DNA of 28,517 bases, taken from positions 1 through 28,517 of the forward strand of contig CASDUM010000027.1 of the NCBI GenBank assembly GCA_949283985.1, read 5' to 3'. The notes beneath the pieces are model-generated. The model was given only the letters and a program-made list of their open reading frames with translations, ran no database searches and was not told the origin of the DNA. Both the position numbers and the translations under genes were made by a program. Positions 10,644 through 20,338 of this stretch are shown here, one piece after another. Source of the DNA: an uncultured Mycoplasmataceae bacterium (lineage in GTDB: Bacteria > Bacillota_I > Bacilli_A > Mycoplasmatales > Mycoplasmoidaceae). Within the stretch, counting starts at the first letter, position 1, and every line of letters begins with the position of its first letter.

Positions 10644-11384
10644 ATGACTGAAGCAAAATATTTTAAAACTGAAACTTTTGGGGCTGTTGACGGCCCTGGA
10701 ACTAGACTTGTAATTTTCTTACAAGGATGTCCACTAAGATGTGTTTATTGTCATAATCCAGAATCATGAGAAATTGATGGTTCAGATAAAACAATATCAG
10801 TAAATGAAATTATCAATCTTTACAAAGTTAATGAAAATTTCTACAAAAATGGTGGAGGCATAACGATATCAGGTGGTGAGCCTTGCTTGCATATGGATTT
10901 TCTAATTTCATTAGGAAAGAGATGTAAAAAAGAAGGAATTCATTTAACAATAGATACATCTGGTTATTTTTATAAAAAAGCATATTTTAAAAAAATGAAT
11001 GAACTAATAAAGTATGTTGATTTGTTTTTAGTTGATATAAAACAAATAAATAATAAAAAATATAGTTTAGTAACAAGAGTTGATTCATCTAAACAATCAG
11101 AAGTTGAATTTGTAAGATACCTTGAAAAAAATGAAAAACATTATTGAATAAGACAAGTTCTTGTTCCTGGTTATACTGATGATAAAAATGATCTTGTTGA
11201 ATTAGGTAGATTCATGAAAGATCTAAAATATATGGATAAATTTGAACTCCTTCCATATCACAATATGGCTGTATTTAAATACAAGAATTTAAAAATAAAA
11301 TATGTATTAAAAAATATTGAACCACCAACAATTGAAGAAATTAGAAAAGCAATGGAATATATAAAAGAAGGAATGGGAAAATAA
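10644..11384 (+). CDS. pflA: Pyruvate formate-lyase activating enzyme, radical SAM (246 aa)
   Basis: [30 protein letters not shown] (CxxxCxxC), [30 protein letters not shown]; GGAG RBS; length typical of PflA and longer than NrdG. Confidence 0.9.
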
Positions 11385-11385
11385 A

Positions 11386-11847
11386 ATGGCAAATAAGAAA
11401 AAAAATAAAAAAGAAATAAAAGATTCAGTTGATATTCACGACATTGAAGCACTAAAACAACAAGAAAATAATAAAAAAAATATTGAAGAAGATATTCGTG
11501 AAGAAAAGATAAAAATTTCTTTTATTGACTATATAAATGACAAAAGAATCCCAATTTATACATATTGCAGAAAACTATTTAAATATGATTTTAAAAATAT
11601 GAAAGAGAATCCAAATGAATTGTCTGAAGATACTTTGTTCATAAAAAATGTTTCAAACAAGAAGAGATTTATATTAAAAATTATTTATTTAATTTCAATG
11701 TTACTAATAGCTATTTTATTACTTGTTATATCAATTCTTTTATTAACTGGAATAATAGGTTCGTTTAGTCCTGATGTTGCGTCTAACACATATATTCCTG
11801 GTATTCTAATGGCTTTTTCAATTGTCATATTATTATTCTTTATTTAG
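11386..11847 (+). CDS. Hypothetical membrane protein (153 aa): charged N-terminal domain and two C-terminal TM helices
   Basis: Starts 1 nt after the pflA stop; hydrophobic segments FILKIIYLISMLLIAILLLVISILLLTGIIG and IPGILMAFSIVILLFFI. Confidence 0.75.
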   Translation: MANKKKNKKEIKDSVDIHDIEALKQQENNKKNIEEDIREEKIKISFIDYINDKRIPIYTYCRKLFKYDFKNMKENPNELSEDTLFIKNVSNKKRFILKIIYLISMLLIAILLLVISILLLTGIIGSFSPDVASNTYIPGILMAFSIVILLFFI

Positions 11848-11856
11848 TGGGTTAAA

Positions 11857-12735
11857 ATGGAAAAAATAACTTGAAAAACTCTAATTCAAAATTTAAATAT
11901 ACTTGAAATGGTTAGTGAAGGTGAAGAAAGAGAAATAAATTCTTCTAGAATGACTAGAGTTGGTTTAGAACTTTCAGGATTCTTTTTAAGAAAACAATCA
12001 TCAGCTGCAATTCTTTTAGGAAAAGAAGAAAAATTATATTTAGATCAATTTTCAAAAGAAGAATCAGATAAAAAATTAGAAGCAATTTTATCAATGAATC
12101 CGCCAGTTATTATTTTATCTAGATCATTTAATGAATCAAGAATATTAAATCTTGCAAAAAAATATAAAACTACATTACTAAGATCTAATTCATCAAGTAG
12201 TGAAATTAATACGTTGGTAAATCTAAACCTTTTAAAGTTATTATCAAAAACAGAAATGATTCATGGAAACTTAATTGAAGTTTATGGATTAGGAGTATTA
12301 ATTATAGGTGATTCTGGAATAGGTAAATCAGAAATCACAATGGAACTTATAAAGAAAGGACATTTATTTATAGCTGATGATGCAGTAGAACATTATCGTG
12401 TGTTTGATAAAGTTTTTGGAAAACCATCAAAATTTACAAAAAATCTAATTGAAATTAGAGGTATAGGGATTGTTGATTTTTCAAAGTTCTATGGAATTCA
12501 ACAAATAAAAAATGAAGCTCAAATAGATGTAATTATTGAATTAAATATGTTAGATGGTGTTACTCAGTTTGAAAGATTAGGCAGAGAAACATCATATAAA
12601 GAATTATCAGGTATAAAAATACCTTATTATAAAGTTCCAATATCTCCAGGTAGAAATGCTAGTGATATTATAGAAGTAATAGTTAATAAACAAAAATTAG
12701 ATGTAGAAAATAAGGAAAGTAAAGTAAATGAGTAG
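11857..12735 (+). CDS. hprK: HPr(Ser) kinase/phosphorylase (292 aa)
   Basis: HGNLIEVYGLGVLIIGDSGIGKSE, FIADD, IEIRGIGI, FERLG, PISPGRN; true start ATG 11857 lies upstream of a TGA(Trp). Confidence 0.95.
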
Positions 12736-13789
12736 TATTTTATTATTTTCAACAGGGAATAACTCAGTAGAAGATATCGCATTTAGTATTGGTGCATTTG
12801 ATATAAGATATTATGGTCTATTCATTTTTATAGGTTTTATATTAGCAATAATTCTTGCTAGTGTCAAAATAAAATATTGATACAAAATACCTTTCGAACC
12901 ATTTTTTTATTTTATATTTATAGCAATACCTGTGTCTATTTTAGGTGCTAGAATTTGATCCTATATTATTGGTGATGCTCAGCTAAATACAACTGAAAAC
13001 TTTTTTATTCAGTTCTTTAAGTTTGATGGTATGGCAATTCAAGGTGGAGTTATATTTACAGTAATAGCTGGATTAATATATTTTCCTTTAATATTATCAA
13101 AACCAAAGTATCAAATTAGAACAAATATAAATGATAAAGAATACATTAAATCAGTATCAACATTTTTGTATGCTGATGCCATTATTCCATGTGTACTTAT
13201 AGGTCAAGTTATAGGTAGATGAGGAAATTTCTTTAATGGAGAAGTATATGGTGCTCCAGCTAGCGAAGAGCAACTTTATTGATTAAAAGTTCTAATGCCT
13301 GGAGTTTATGATGGGATGTGAATAAATGGAAAATTATATCAACCATTGTTCTTATATGAATCTTTTGCTAACTTCTTTTTATTTTTATTTTTATATGTAG
13401 CTTTAGAATTTATTAGATATCATAAAGTAGGTGATATTTCAGCTGGATATTTTATTGGATATGGAATCTTAAGAATAATTATGGAACCATTAAGATCTGC
13501 TCAATTTAACTACACTATGACATATGTAACAACCGCACTTATGATAATCGGTGGAATAGTTTTTGTACTTTATAATCACCTATACTTATGCAAACATAGA
13601 AGAACAAAATTCTTATTCATGTATTATGTTAAATCTACATATATATTTAAACTTATGTGAAAAAGAATTAATAAGAAATATAGAATATATATGGAAAATG
13701 TAGATCCTAATAATACAAATTATTTAAGAAAAACAAAACCAAATTTTTATAGAGACGATTCTCATTTATTGTATTACAAAGGTCATTAG
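12728..13789 (+). CDS. lgt: Prolipoprotein diacylglyceryl transferase (353 aa)
   Basis: IRYYGL, LGARIWS, GMAIQGG, IGQVIGRWGNFFNGEVYG, QPLFLYES, YGILRIIMEPLR; canonical position after hprK. Confidence 0.95.
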
Positions 13790-13800
13790 AGGTATTTATT

Positions 13801-14739
13801 ATGATTAATAAAGAAAATTTATATGATGTATTAATTATTGGTGGAGGACCAGCTGGGTTAACAGCGAGTATTTATGCTAAAAGAGCAGGGTTAAAAGTTG
13901 CTTTTTTTGAAAAAGATGCTCCTGGGGGGAAAGTTACTAAAACTGCTTTTGTAGAAAACTATCCTGGGTTTAAAAAAATAGAAGGATATAACTTAGCTCT
14001 TTCCATGCTTAATCAAGCAACAGAAATAGGTGTTGAATATAAATATGGTAATGTAATTAAAATTCAAAAAGACAACAACACTTTTATTATAAAAACAGAA
14101 GATGGAAAGGAGCATTTTTCCAAAACTGTAATTATTGCATCTGGTATGACTAATAGAAAATCCGGCGCCATAGGAGAAGACAAATATTTTAATAAAGGCG
14201 TTTCCTATTGTGCAATATGTGATGGTGCATTTTACAAAAACCAAGATGTTGCTATTATAGGTGGAGGAAATTCTGCACTAGAAGAAGCTTTATTTCTAAC
14301 TGATATTGTTTCAAAAGTTTATATTGTTCATAGAAGGGATGAATTTAGAGCTGATCAATCAGTTGTAGAACATGTTAAAAGAAATAATAAAATCGAATTA
14401 GTTTTAGATTCAATTGTAAAAGAAATAAAAGGTGATGATAAGCATGTAAATTCAATTCTAGTTGAAAATGCAAAAACACAAGAATTAAAATCTATTGAAG
14501 TAAGAGCAGTTTTCCCTTTTGTAGGATTTGATCCTGTTTCTAACTTTATATCAAATGATTTTGTTATTAGCAATAATGGTTTTATTATAGTGAATGATAA
14601 AATGGAAACAAACATTCCAGGGTTGTTTTCAGCTGGTGATATAAACAATAAAACATATAGACAAATATCAACAGCTATATCTGATGGAACAATAGCGGCT
14701 CTTGCAGCAAAAAAATATATAGATGATAATGAATGATAA
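13801..14739 (+). CDS. trxB: Thioredoxin reductase (312 aa)
   Basis: IIGGGPAGLTA, VENYPG, GVSYCAICDG, IIGGGNSALEEA, VHRRDEFRA, FSAGD; ends GAA TGA(W) TAA. Confidence 0.96.
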
Positions 14740-14745
14740 TTAATT

Positions 14746-14779
14746 AATCTCTCTTTATTAGTACAAGGAGAGATTTTTT
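14746..14779 (+). terminator. Intrinsic terminator after trxB
   Basis: Stem AATCTCTC(TTT) / (AAG)GAGAGATT followed by TTTT. Confidence 0.75.
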
Positions 14780-15118
14780 ATTACCATTAATGATTGTGCA
14801 ATTAGACTTGACACTATATGGTACATGAGAGACAACTGGATTTTCTAATGATGGCATAAAAACACATCTATCAATAAGTCGTGAATTCAATTTTTAAATT
14901 TTTCAATCTTATTTCTGGTTTTCCAAACAATATTTGGATACTAATAACTATCATTATCAAAATTGTCAAATTTTGAAAATTATAGTTGGAATAGCTAACT
15001 TAGAATACAAGACAAATTTATATGTTTAAAACTTAAGAGAAATAATACTATCATGACAAACATATTGAGTTACATATCTTTTACCTTATAATTAATTATA
15101 ATTTAATAGAATTGATTT

Positions 15119-15126
15119 GGGGGGGG
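15119..15126 (+). repeat. G8 homopolymer at the licC translation start
   Basis: TGGGGGGGGAATATG; the longest G-run I noticed in this very AT-rich window. Confidence 0.8.
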
Positions 15127-15129
15127 AAT

Positions 15130-15870
15130 ATGTTTAAGATTAAAAATGTAATTATTTTAGCAGCTGGACGTGGTTCTAGAATGCTTGATTTATGTAAAGA
15201 TAAACCTAAACCTTTGTTAATGTATAATGGGAAACCTTTAATAGAATCAATAATTGAATATTTTCAAAAAAAGAAATTTAAAAATATTTATATTGTTGTG
15301 GGTTATTTATCTGATAAGATGAGTTATCTTTCTAAAAAATACAACGTAAAATTAATTAAAAATGAGAATTGAGAAAATACAAATAACATATCATCAATCA
15401 AATGTGTAAGAAATTTATTATCAAACTCATTAATAATAAATGGTGACGTCATAATTAAAGAAGACTGCGTTTCAACAAAATACAAATCATCGTGTACATA
15501 CACGGAATATAATGATTCAATTAATGAATGATCAGTTGAAACAAACGAAAAAGGAAATATAATAAATTTTAATAAAAACCCTAATAATTGAAACGGTTTA
15601 TATCAAAGAGAAATTACTGTTATTTCTAAAAAACTAGCAAAATATATTAATAAAGATATAGATAATTTCGATGAACAAGAATATTATGAAATTTTAGTTC
15701 TTGAAACATCTAAAAAGTATAATATTGACTTCGTTCCACATGTTATTGATAAAAATATAATTTATGATTTAGATAATAAAGATGAGTTCTTAAAAGAAAT
15801 ATCAATTGCAGAAGATGATTTTGATAAATATAGTGACTATGTAGATATGTGTAGTTGTGAAGATAAGTAA
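15130..15870 (+). CDS. licC: LicC-like NTP transferase, probable CTP:phosphocholine cytidylyltransferase (246 aa)
   Basis: IILAAGRGSRM, KPKPLL, IVVGYL, TNNISS, INGD, NEW and IYDLD parallel pneumococcal LicC (ILAAGLGTR, IVGYL, YNNFYS, NEW, IYEID). Substrate is inferred. Confidence 0.75.
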
Positions 15871-15916
15871 TTTAACTTCCTTATAAGAAGCTAGATTTTA
15901 TTTGAAAGGAAACGTA

Positions 15917-17017
15917 ATGGACAAAGGGATTAACTTTTTAGATATAGAAGCAAATCAAGACATCTATTGTAGAGGAAAACCAAGAAATATGTTACTTCAA
16001 ATTGGAGCAATAAGAATAAGCAATGATGGAAAAATATCTGAATTTAACGAGTATGTTAAATATTTTGGAAAAATAAATAAAAAAGTAAAATTTATTTTAG
16101 GAAAAAATGAAGCGTTTTTTAGAAATCATGATTTTCAAATTGAACAAGCGGTTTATAATAAGTTTGCAAATTTTTGTAAAGGTTACACTTCTTATTCATA
16201 TGGCAATTATGATAAATTTGTTTTAGATGAAGCATCTTCTAGAACGAAGGAAAATAAAATAATTGATGTAATTGACATATCATGTGAAATATCTAGCAAA
16301 CTAAAACTAGACAATTCTGTTAAACCATCATTATCAATGCTTATGAATGTTTTTTCAATTAACAGAGAAAATGAACATGATGCACTGAATGATTCATTAG
16401 CTTTATATGAGATTTATAAGAAATTATATAACAAAGATATTAATATAGATATGACTAAAAATAAACTTATTTTGGAATTCATGAGACCGAGATGAGAAAA
16501 TAAATTATCAAAACTATATATTAAAAATATTGTGGAAGAGCAAAAAATAACAAAAGATTATTTAGTTATTTTTAATGAATCAATAATAGAAAAAAATATA
16601 ATCGATGAAGATAAATCTTCTTTTACATCTATTGTAGATATAAGAATATACAATAATGATTTATCTTTATTGCAAAAAGTAAAAGAGAAAAGCACTTTTG
16701 AAAACAAAGATGAAGCAAGAGAATATGTTTACAAATTTTATAATGAATATATTTTTGAATATTCAAATAACTTTGTTATGGTTTATGATAACAAGAAATT
16801 ATCATTCTCTGAATTTTATAAAAGGAAAACAAAAAATTTGTTTTTATATCATAATATAAGTAAATCAAAAATTGATTTATTTATTGAACATTTTGAAATT
16901 AAAGGTGATAAAGAAGATCAAGATAAAATAATTATTAAGATCATAAATGATTTCTACAATTCAAATGACAATAAATTTTCAAATCCTTTAAAATATGAAT
17001 ATGACTTCATCAAATAA
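15917..17017 (+). CDS. DEDDh 3'-5' exonuclease domain plus a ~170-aa unknown C-terminal domain (366 aa)
   Basis: ExoI FLDIEAN, ExoII YGNYD, ExoIII EHDALND; ORFs 15902 and 16532 joined by TGA 16493. Confidence 0.8.
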
Positions 17018-17052
17018 TAGTTTTTACATATCTTTTAAAATAATATTATTTT

Positions 17053-17061
17053 TGTTATAAT
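17053..17061 (+). promoter_or_regulatory. Extended -10 promoter element upstream of rpmG
   Basis: TGTTATAAT = TGnTATAAT; no convincing -35. Confidence 0.5.
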
Positions 17062-17069
17062 AAGAATGT

Positions 17070-17094
17070 AAGGGTTTGAAAAAACTCTTTTTTT
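17070..17094 (+). terminator. Terminator-like hairpin upstream of rpmG
   Basis: AAGGGTTT-GAAA-AAACTCTT stem with a GNRA loop and a 7-T tract. Confidence 0.65.
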
Positions 17095-17118
17095 ATTCCT
17101 AGACATTCAGGAGGTTTT

Positions 17119-17265
17119 ATGTCTAAAAGAGTAATTTTAGTTTGTGATCAATGTTTATCACGTAATTACAAAACCACAAAAAACGAATATGATAATAGAC
17201 GATTAGAATTGAACAAATACTGTAAACAATGTAATTCTAAAACATTACATAAGGAAACAAGATAA
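17119..17265 (+). CDS. rpmG: 50S ribosomal protein L33, Zn-ribbon form (48 aa)
   Basis: MSKRVILVCDQCLSRNYKTTKN...RLELNKYCKQCNSKTLHKETR; GGAGG RBS; position before secE. Confidence 0.95.
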   Translation: MSKRVILVCDQCLSRNYKTTKNEYDNRRLELNKYCKQCNSKTLHKETR

Positions 17266-17552
17266 TGGAAGAAGTAATTGTAAGAGAATCTAAAAAAGAA
17301 AAGAAACAAAAAGTAAAATTATCAAAAGAAGAGAAAAAACAAAATAAAATTGAAGACAGAAAAAACAACCCTGAAAAATATAATAAAACAAAAAGATTGT
17401 TTTTTGGAATAGGAAAAGAGTTTTGAAGAATTTCTTGATTGAAAAATAATAAGATATTATATTGATTTTTAGTTGCACTACTAACTATCATTGTTTTTGG
17501 TGTTATCTTTACAGCAGTATCTTATGTTTCAGAAGCATTTATAAATTTATAA
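17265..17552 (+). CDS. secE: Preprotein translocase SecE with a Lys-rich N-terminal extension (95 aa)
   Basis: TAATG overlap with rpmG; GIGKEFWRISW motif followed by one TM helix; lies between rpmG and nusG. Confidence 0.88.
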
Positions 17553-17564
17553 GAGGTAACTAAT

Positions 17565-18380
17565 ATGGTAGAAAATAAATATTTTCAATGATATATTGCA
17601 ACAACATTAATTGGTAGTGAAGAATCATTATTTTCTTCATTAATGGATAAAATAAAAGCATATGATTTTGAGGATCATGTGTCTGATATGAAAATAATCA
17701 CTTACAAAGATATTAAAATTCAATATTTTGATAAAAATAATCCTCCGCCAAAATCAATGAAAAATAGCAAACATATAAAATGAGAAGCTTTAGATGATGG
17801 TAGATACAAAAAAACAACTACCAAGGTAATAAACAAATTCCCTGGTTACATTTTTATTAAAATGATTATGACTGATAAGGTTTGATATATTATTAGAAAT
17901 ACTCCTGGTATCACTGGGTTTATTGGTTCTTCTGGTAAGGGTGCAAAACCAATTCCGATATCTGAGTATGAGATTGAAGATTTATTCTCAAGTAATAACC
18001 AAGATGTAATTACATACATAAACGGAAATGAAAGCACAGAAAAAATCAACAATAACCCTGTAATTCAAGAAAATAAAGACGATTTCTTTGATTCAAAGAA
18101 AATAGAAGAAAATATCAAATTAGTTGAAGAAGATAATGATGAAACTATTGATAATTTAGAATCAGAAGAAAATTCAATAAAGGAAGAAGATGTAATGAAT
18201 ACTGATTTTGACTTTAGAGTTGGTCACACTGTTGAAGTTTTAAACGGCGCCTTCATTGGTGAAAAAGTTAATATTATTAGTGTTAATCAAGAAGATCAAA
18301 CAGTTGTTGTTGAAATTGATATGCTTGGTAGACTTAACGAAGTTACATTAAGTTTCAGTGAAATTAAAAAAATAGATTAG
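17565..18380 (+). CDS. nusG: Transcription factor NusG (271 aa) with an NGN insertion and a long acidic linker
   Basis: FPGYIFIKM, WYIIRNTPGITGFIGSSGKGAKPIP; KOW domain FRVGHTVEVLNGAFIG...VEIDMLGRLNEVTLSFSEIKKI. Confidence 0.95.
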
Positions 18381-18381
18381 T

Positions 18382-19428
18382 ATGACTAAAAAAGATATCA
18401 TTTTAGATAATTCTCATAAAGAGAAAATATTAGAAAGATCAATTTACGGAATATTAATGGGTATAAGTGATGGAATTCCAGGATACTCTGGAGGGACAAC
18501 ACTTTCACTTATTAATTTTTTTGAAATATTAATAGATAAGATTAAAGGAGTTTTTTATCCTTTTAATTTTAAAAAAGCATGAAGAAATATATTATGACTT
18601 TTACCTTTTATATTTTTTTGAGTAATTAGTTTAGTAGCTTTTTCAATCTTCGGTGATTTAATGGCTACAGGTGAAATATTTAGAAAAACTATAATTAAAA
18701 ATCATAATTTATCAATTGTTTTAATATTTATGTTTACTTTTTTTAGTATTTTCTCAATACCTTTATTTATAAAATCTAATAAAGTTAATTTATTTGAGTT
18801 GGAAAATAAACGATTAAAAATAAAAAAAAGAAACTGATTGAATATTTTATTTTTTAGCATAGGTTTTTGTTTAATAATTACAATTGGTTTAGTTGTCTTC
18901 TTCGTTAATGGCGGAGTTAATTTTAATGGAACATCTAATATTGAAAAAATATCTTATTCTTGAACAAATTTATTAATGATTGTAATATCAATGTTTTTAG
19001 CAGGTTTCTCAATGCTTATACCTGGCATAAGTGGTAGCATGGTTTTATATTTGTTTAATACATATGATGATGTTTTCTGAACAATTTTACAAAATCCGAT
19101 ATCTAACATAGGATATGTTTTCATTTGTGCTATTTCCGCGATCTTAGGGTTATTATCATCCATATTATTAACATCTTTCATTCTAAAAAGATGAAAAGAT
19201 AATTATTATTCATTTTGTTTTGGGATGGTTTGTTCTTCACCAATAACAATTTTATTATCGGGGAAAAGATATTATATAGATTTAGTTAATGATTATAATA
19301 TTTGCGTTCCTCTAATAATTATTTCTCTAATAATTGTAATATTTATAAACATAGCCATATATATTCATATTAAAAATAAAGAAAGAAGTAATGATGAGTT
19401 TAAACAAATTAACATGAAACAATTATAA
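18382..19428 (+). CDS. DUF368-family (PopT-like polyprenyl-phosphate translocase) membrane protein (348 aa)
   Basis: Two internal signature repeats GISDGIPGYSGGT and GFSMLIPGISGS; many TM helices; continuous frame under code 4; starts 1 nt after the nusG stop. Confidence 0.85.
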
Positions 19429-20338
19429 AGATGTTGAGCAAAAAATAAGAGCAAAGTATGGCGAATGCATGAAACCATGCATTTCTTATTTAATGTGATC
19501 TTATTATGGAACAACTGTTTATTGAATTGAAAAAAATAGAGACATTTTTTTTATTGGTGAAAGCCATTATGAACCAAAAAGAATAGAACAAATTCTTTCT
19601 GAAAATTTAAAAATATCATTAGATGAATATAGTGACTCAAAATATATAATTTTAATCCCTTCATATATAGAAGATGAATTAAATTATATAAATGAAACGT
19701 CAGAAATTATAAAAGAAAAAAGTGATCAAAAAATTATTTTTATTGATGGATTAAAAAACAAAAATTTATTTAATGAAAATCCATTATTTTCATGAAATGT
19801 TAATTATATATATGACATTAATGATTTGAATGGATTTCCCGGAAAGAAGAATCAGAAGAAAAGAAATCATTTAAATTATTATTTAAATAACTTTAAAGAT
19901 AAAACGATTATAAAAAAATATGCCAATGATAATTTTAATGAAGTGATCAATTTTTTAGAAAGAGAAATCACTTCTTCAGAGACAAGTTCAAAAGAAGAAA
20001 AAATTGCATATAAAGAATTATTATCAAATTTTGACAAAGAAAAAATGTCTGGAATAATTGTGTACTATGATAATGAAATAATTGGATTTACATTTGGTTA
20101 CTCTTATGATAATTATTACGAAATCATAATTGAGCGCTGCTCAAAAGAATTCAGAGGGTTGTATCAATTTATAATTACAGAAAATATTAAATTAAACATA
20201 GACACACAAAAAATAAAATATATCGATAGACAAGATGATATGGGTGAAGAAAACTTGAGAAAATCAAAGTTGTCTTATAATCCTATAAAAGTTATAGAAA
20301 GTAATGTATATAAAATAGAAACTAAAAGTACTCACTAA
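19391..20338 (+). CDS. Stand-alone DUF2156 / MprF C-terminal-like (aminoacyl-tRNA-dependent transferase fold) protein (315 aa)
   Basis: YIYDINDLNGFPGKKNQKKRNHLN, IERCSKEFRGLYQFI, YIDRQDDMGEENLRKSKLSYNP; ATG 19391 or 19394, overlapping the DUF368 gene by up to 38 nt; no TM segment. Confidence 0.85.

Noticed and set aside
13924-13929. G6 run inside trxB as a phase-variation tract
   Set aside because: Encodes the conserved PGG motif of a housekeeping gene and is short.
14780-15110. tRNA, tmRNA, RNase P, SRP RNA or CRISPR array in the largest intergenic gap
   Set aside because: No T-loop or acceptor stem, no RNase P or SRP signatures, no GC-rich stems and no regularly spaced direct repeats.
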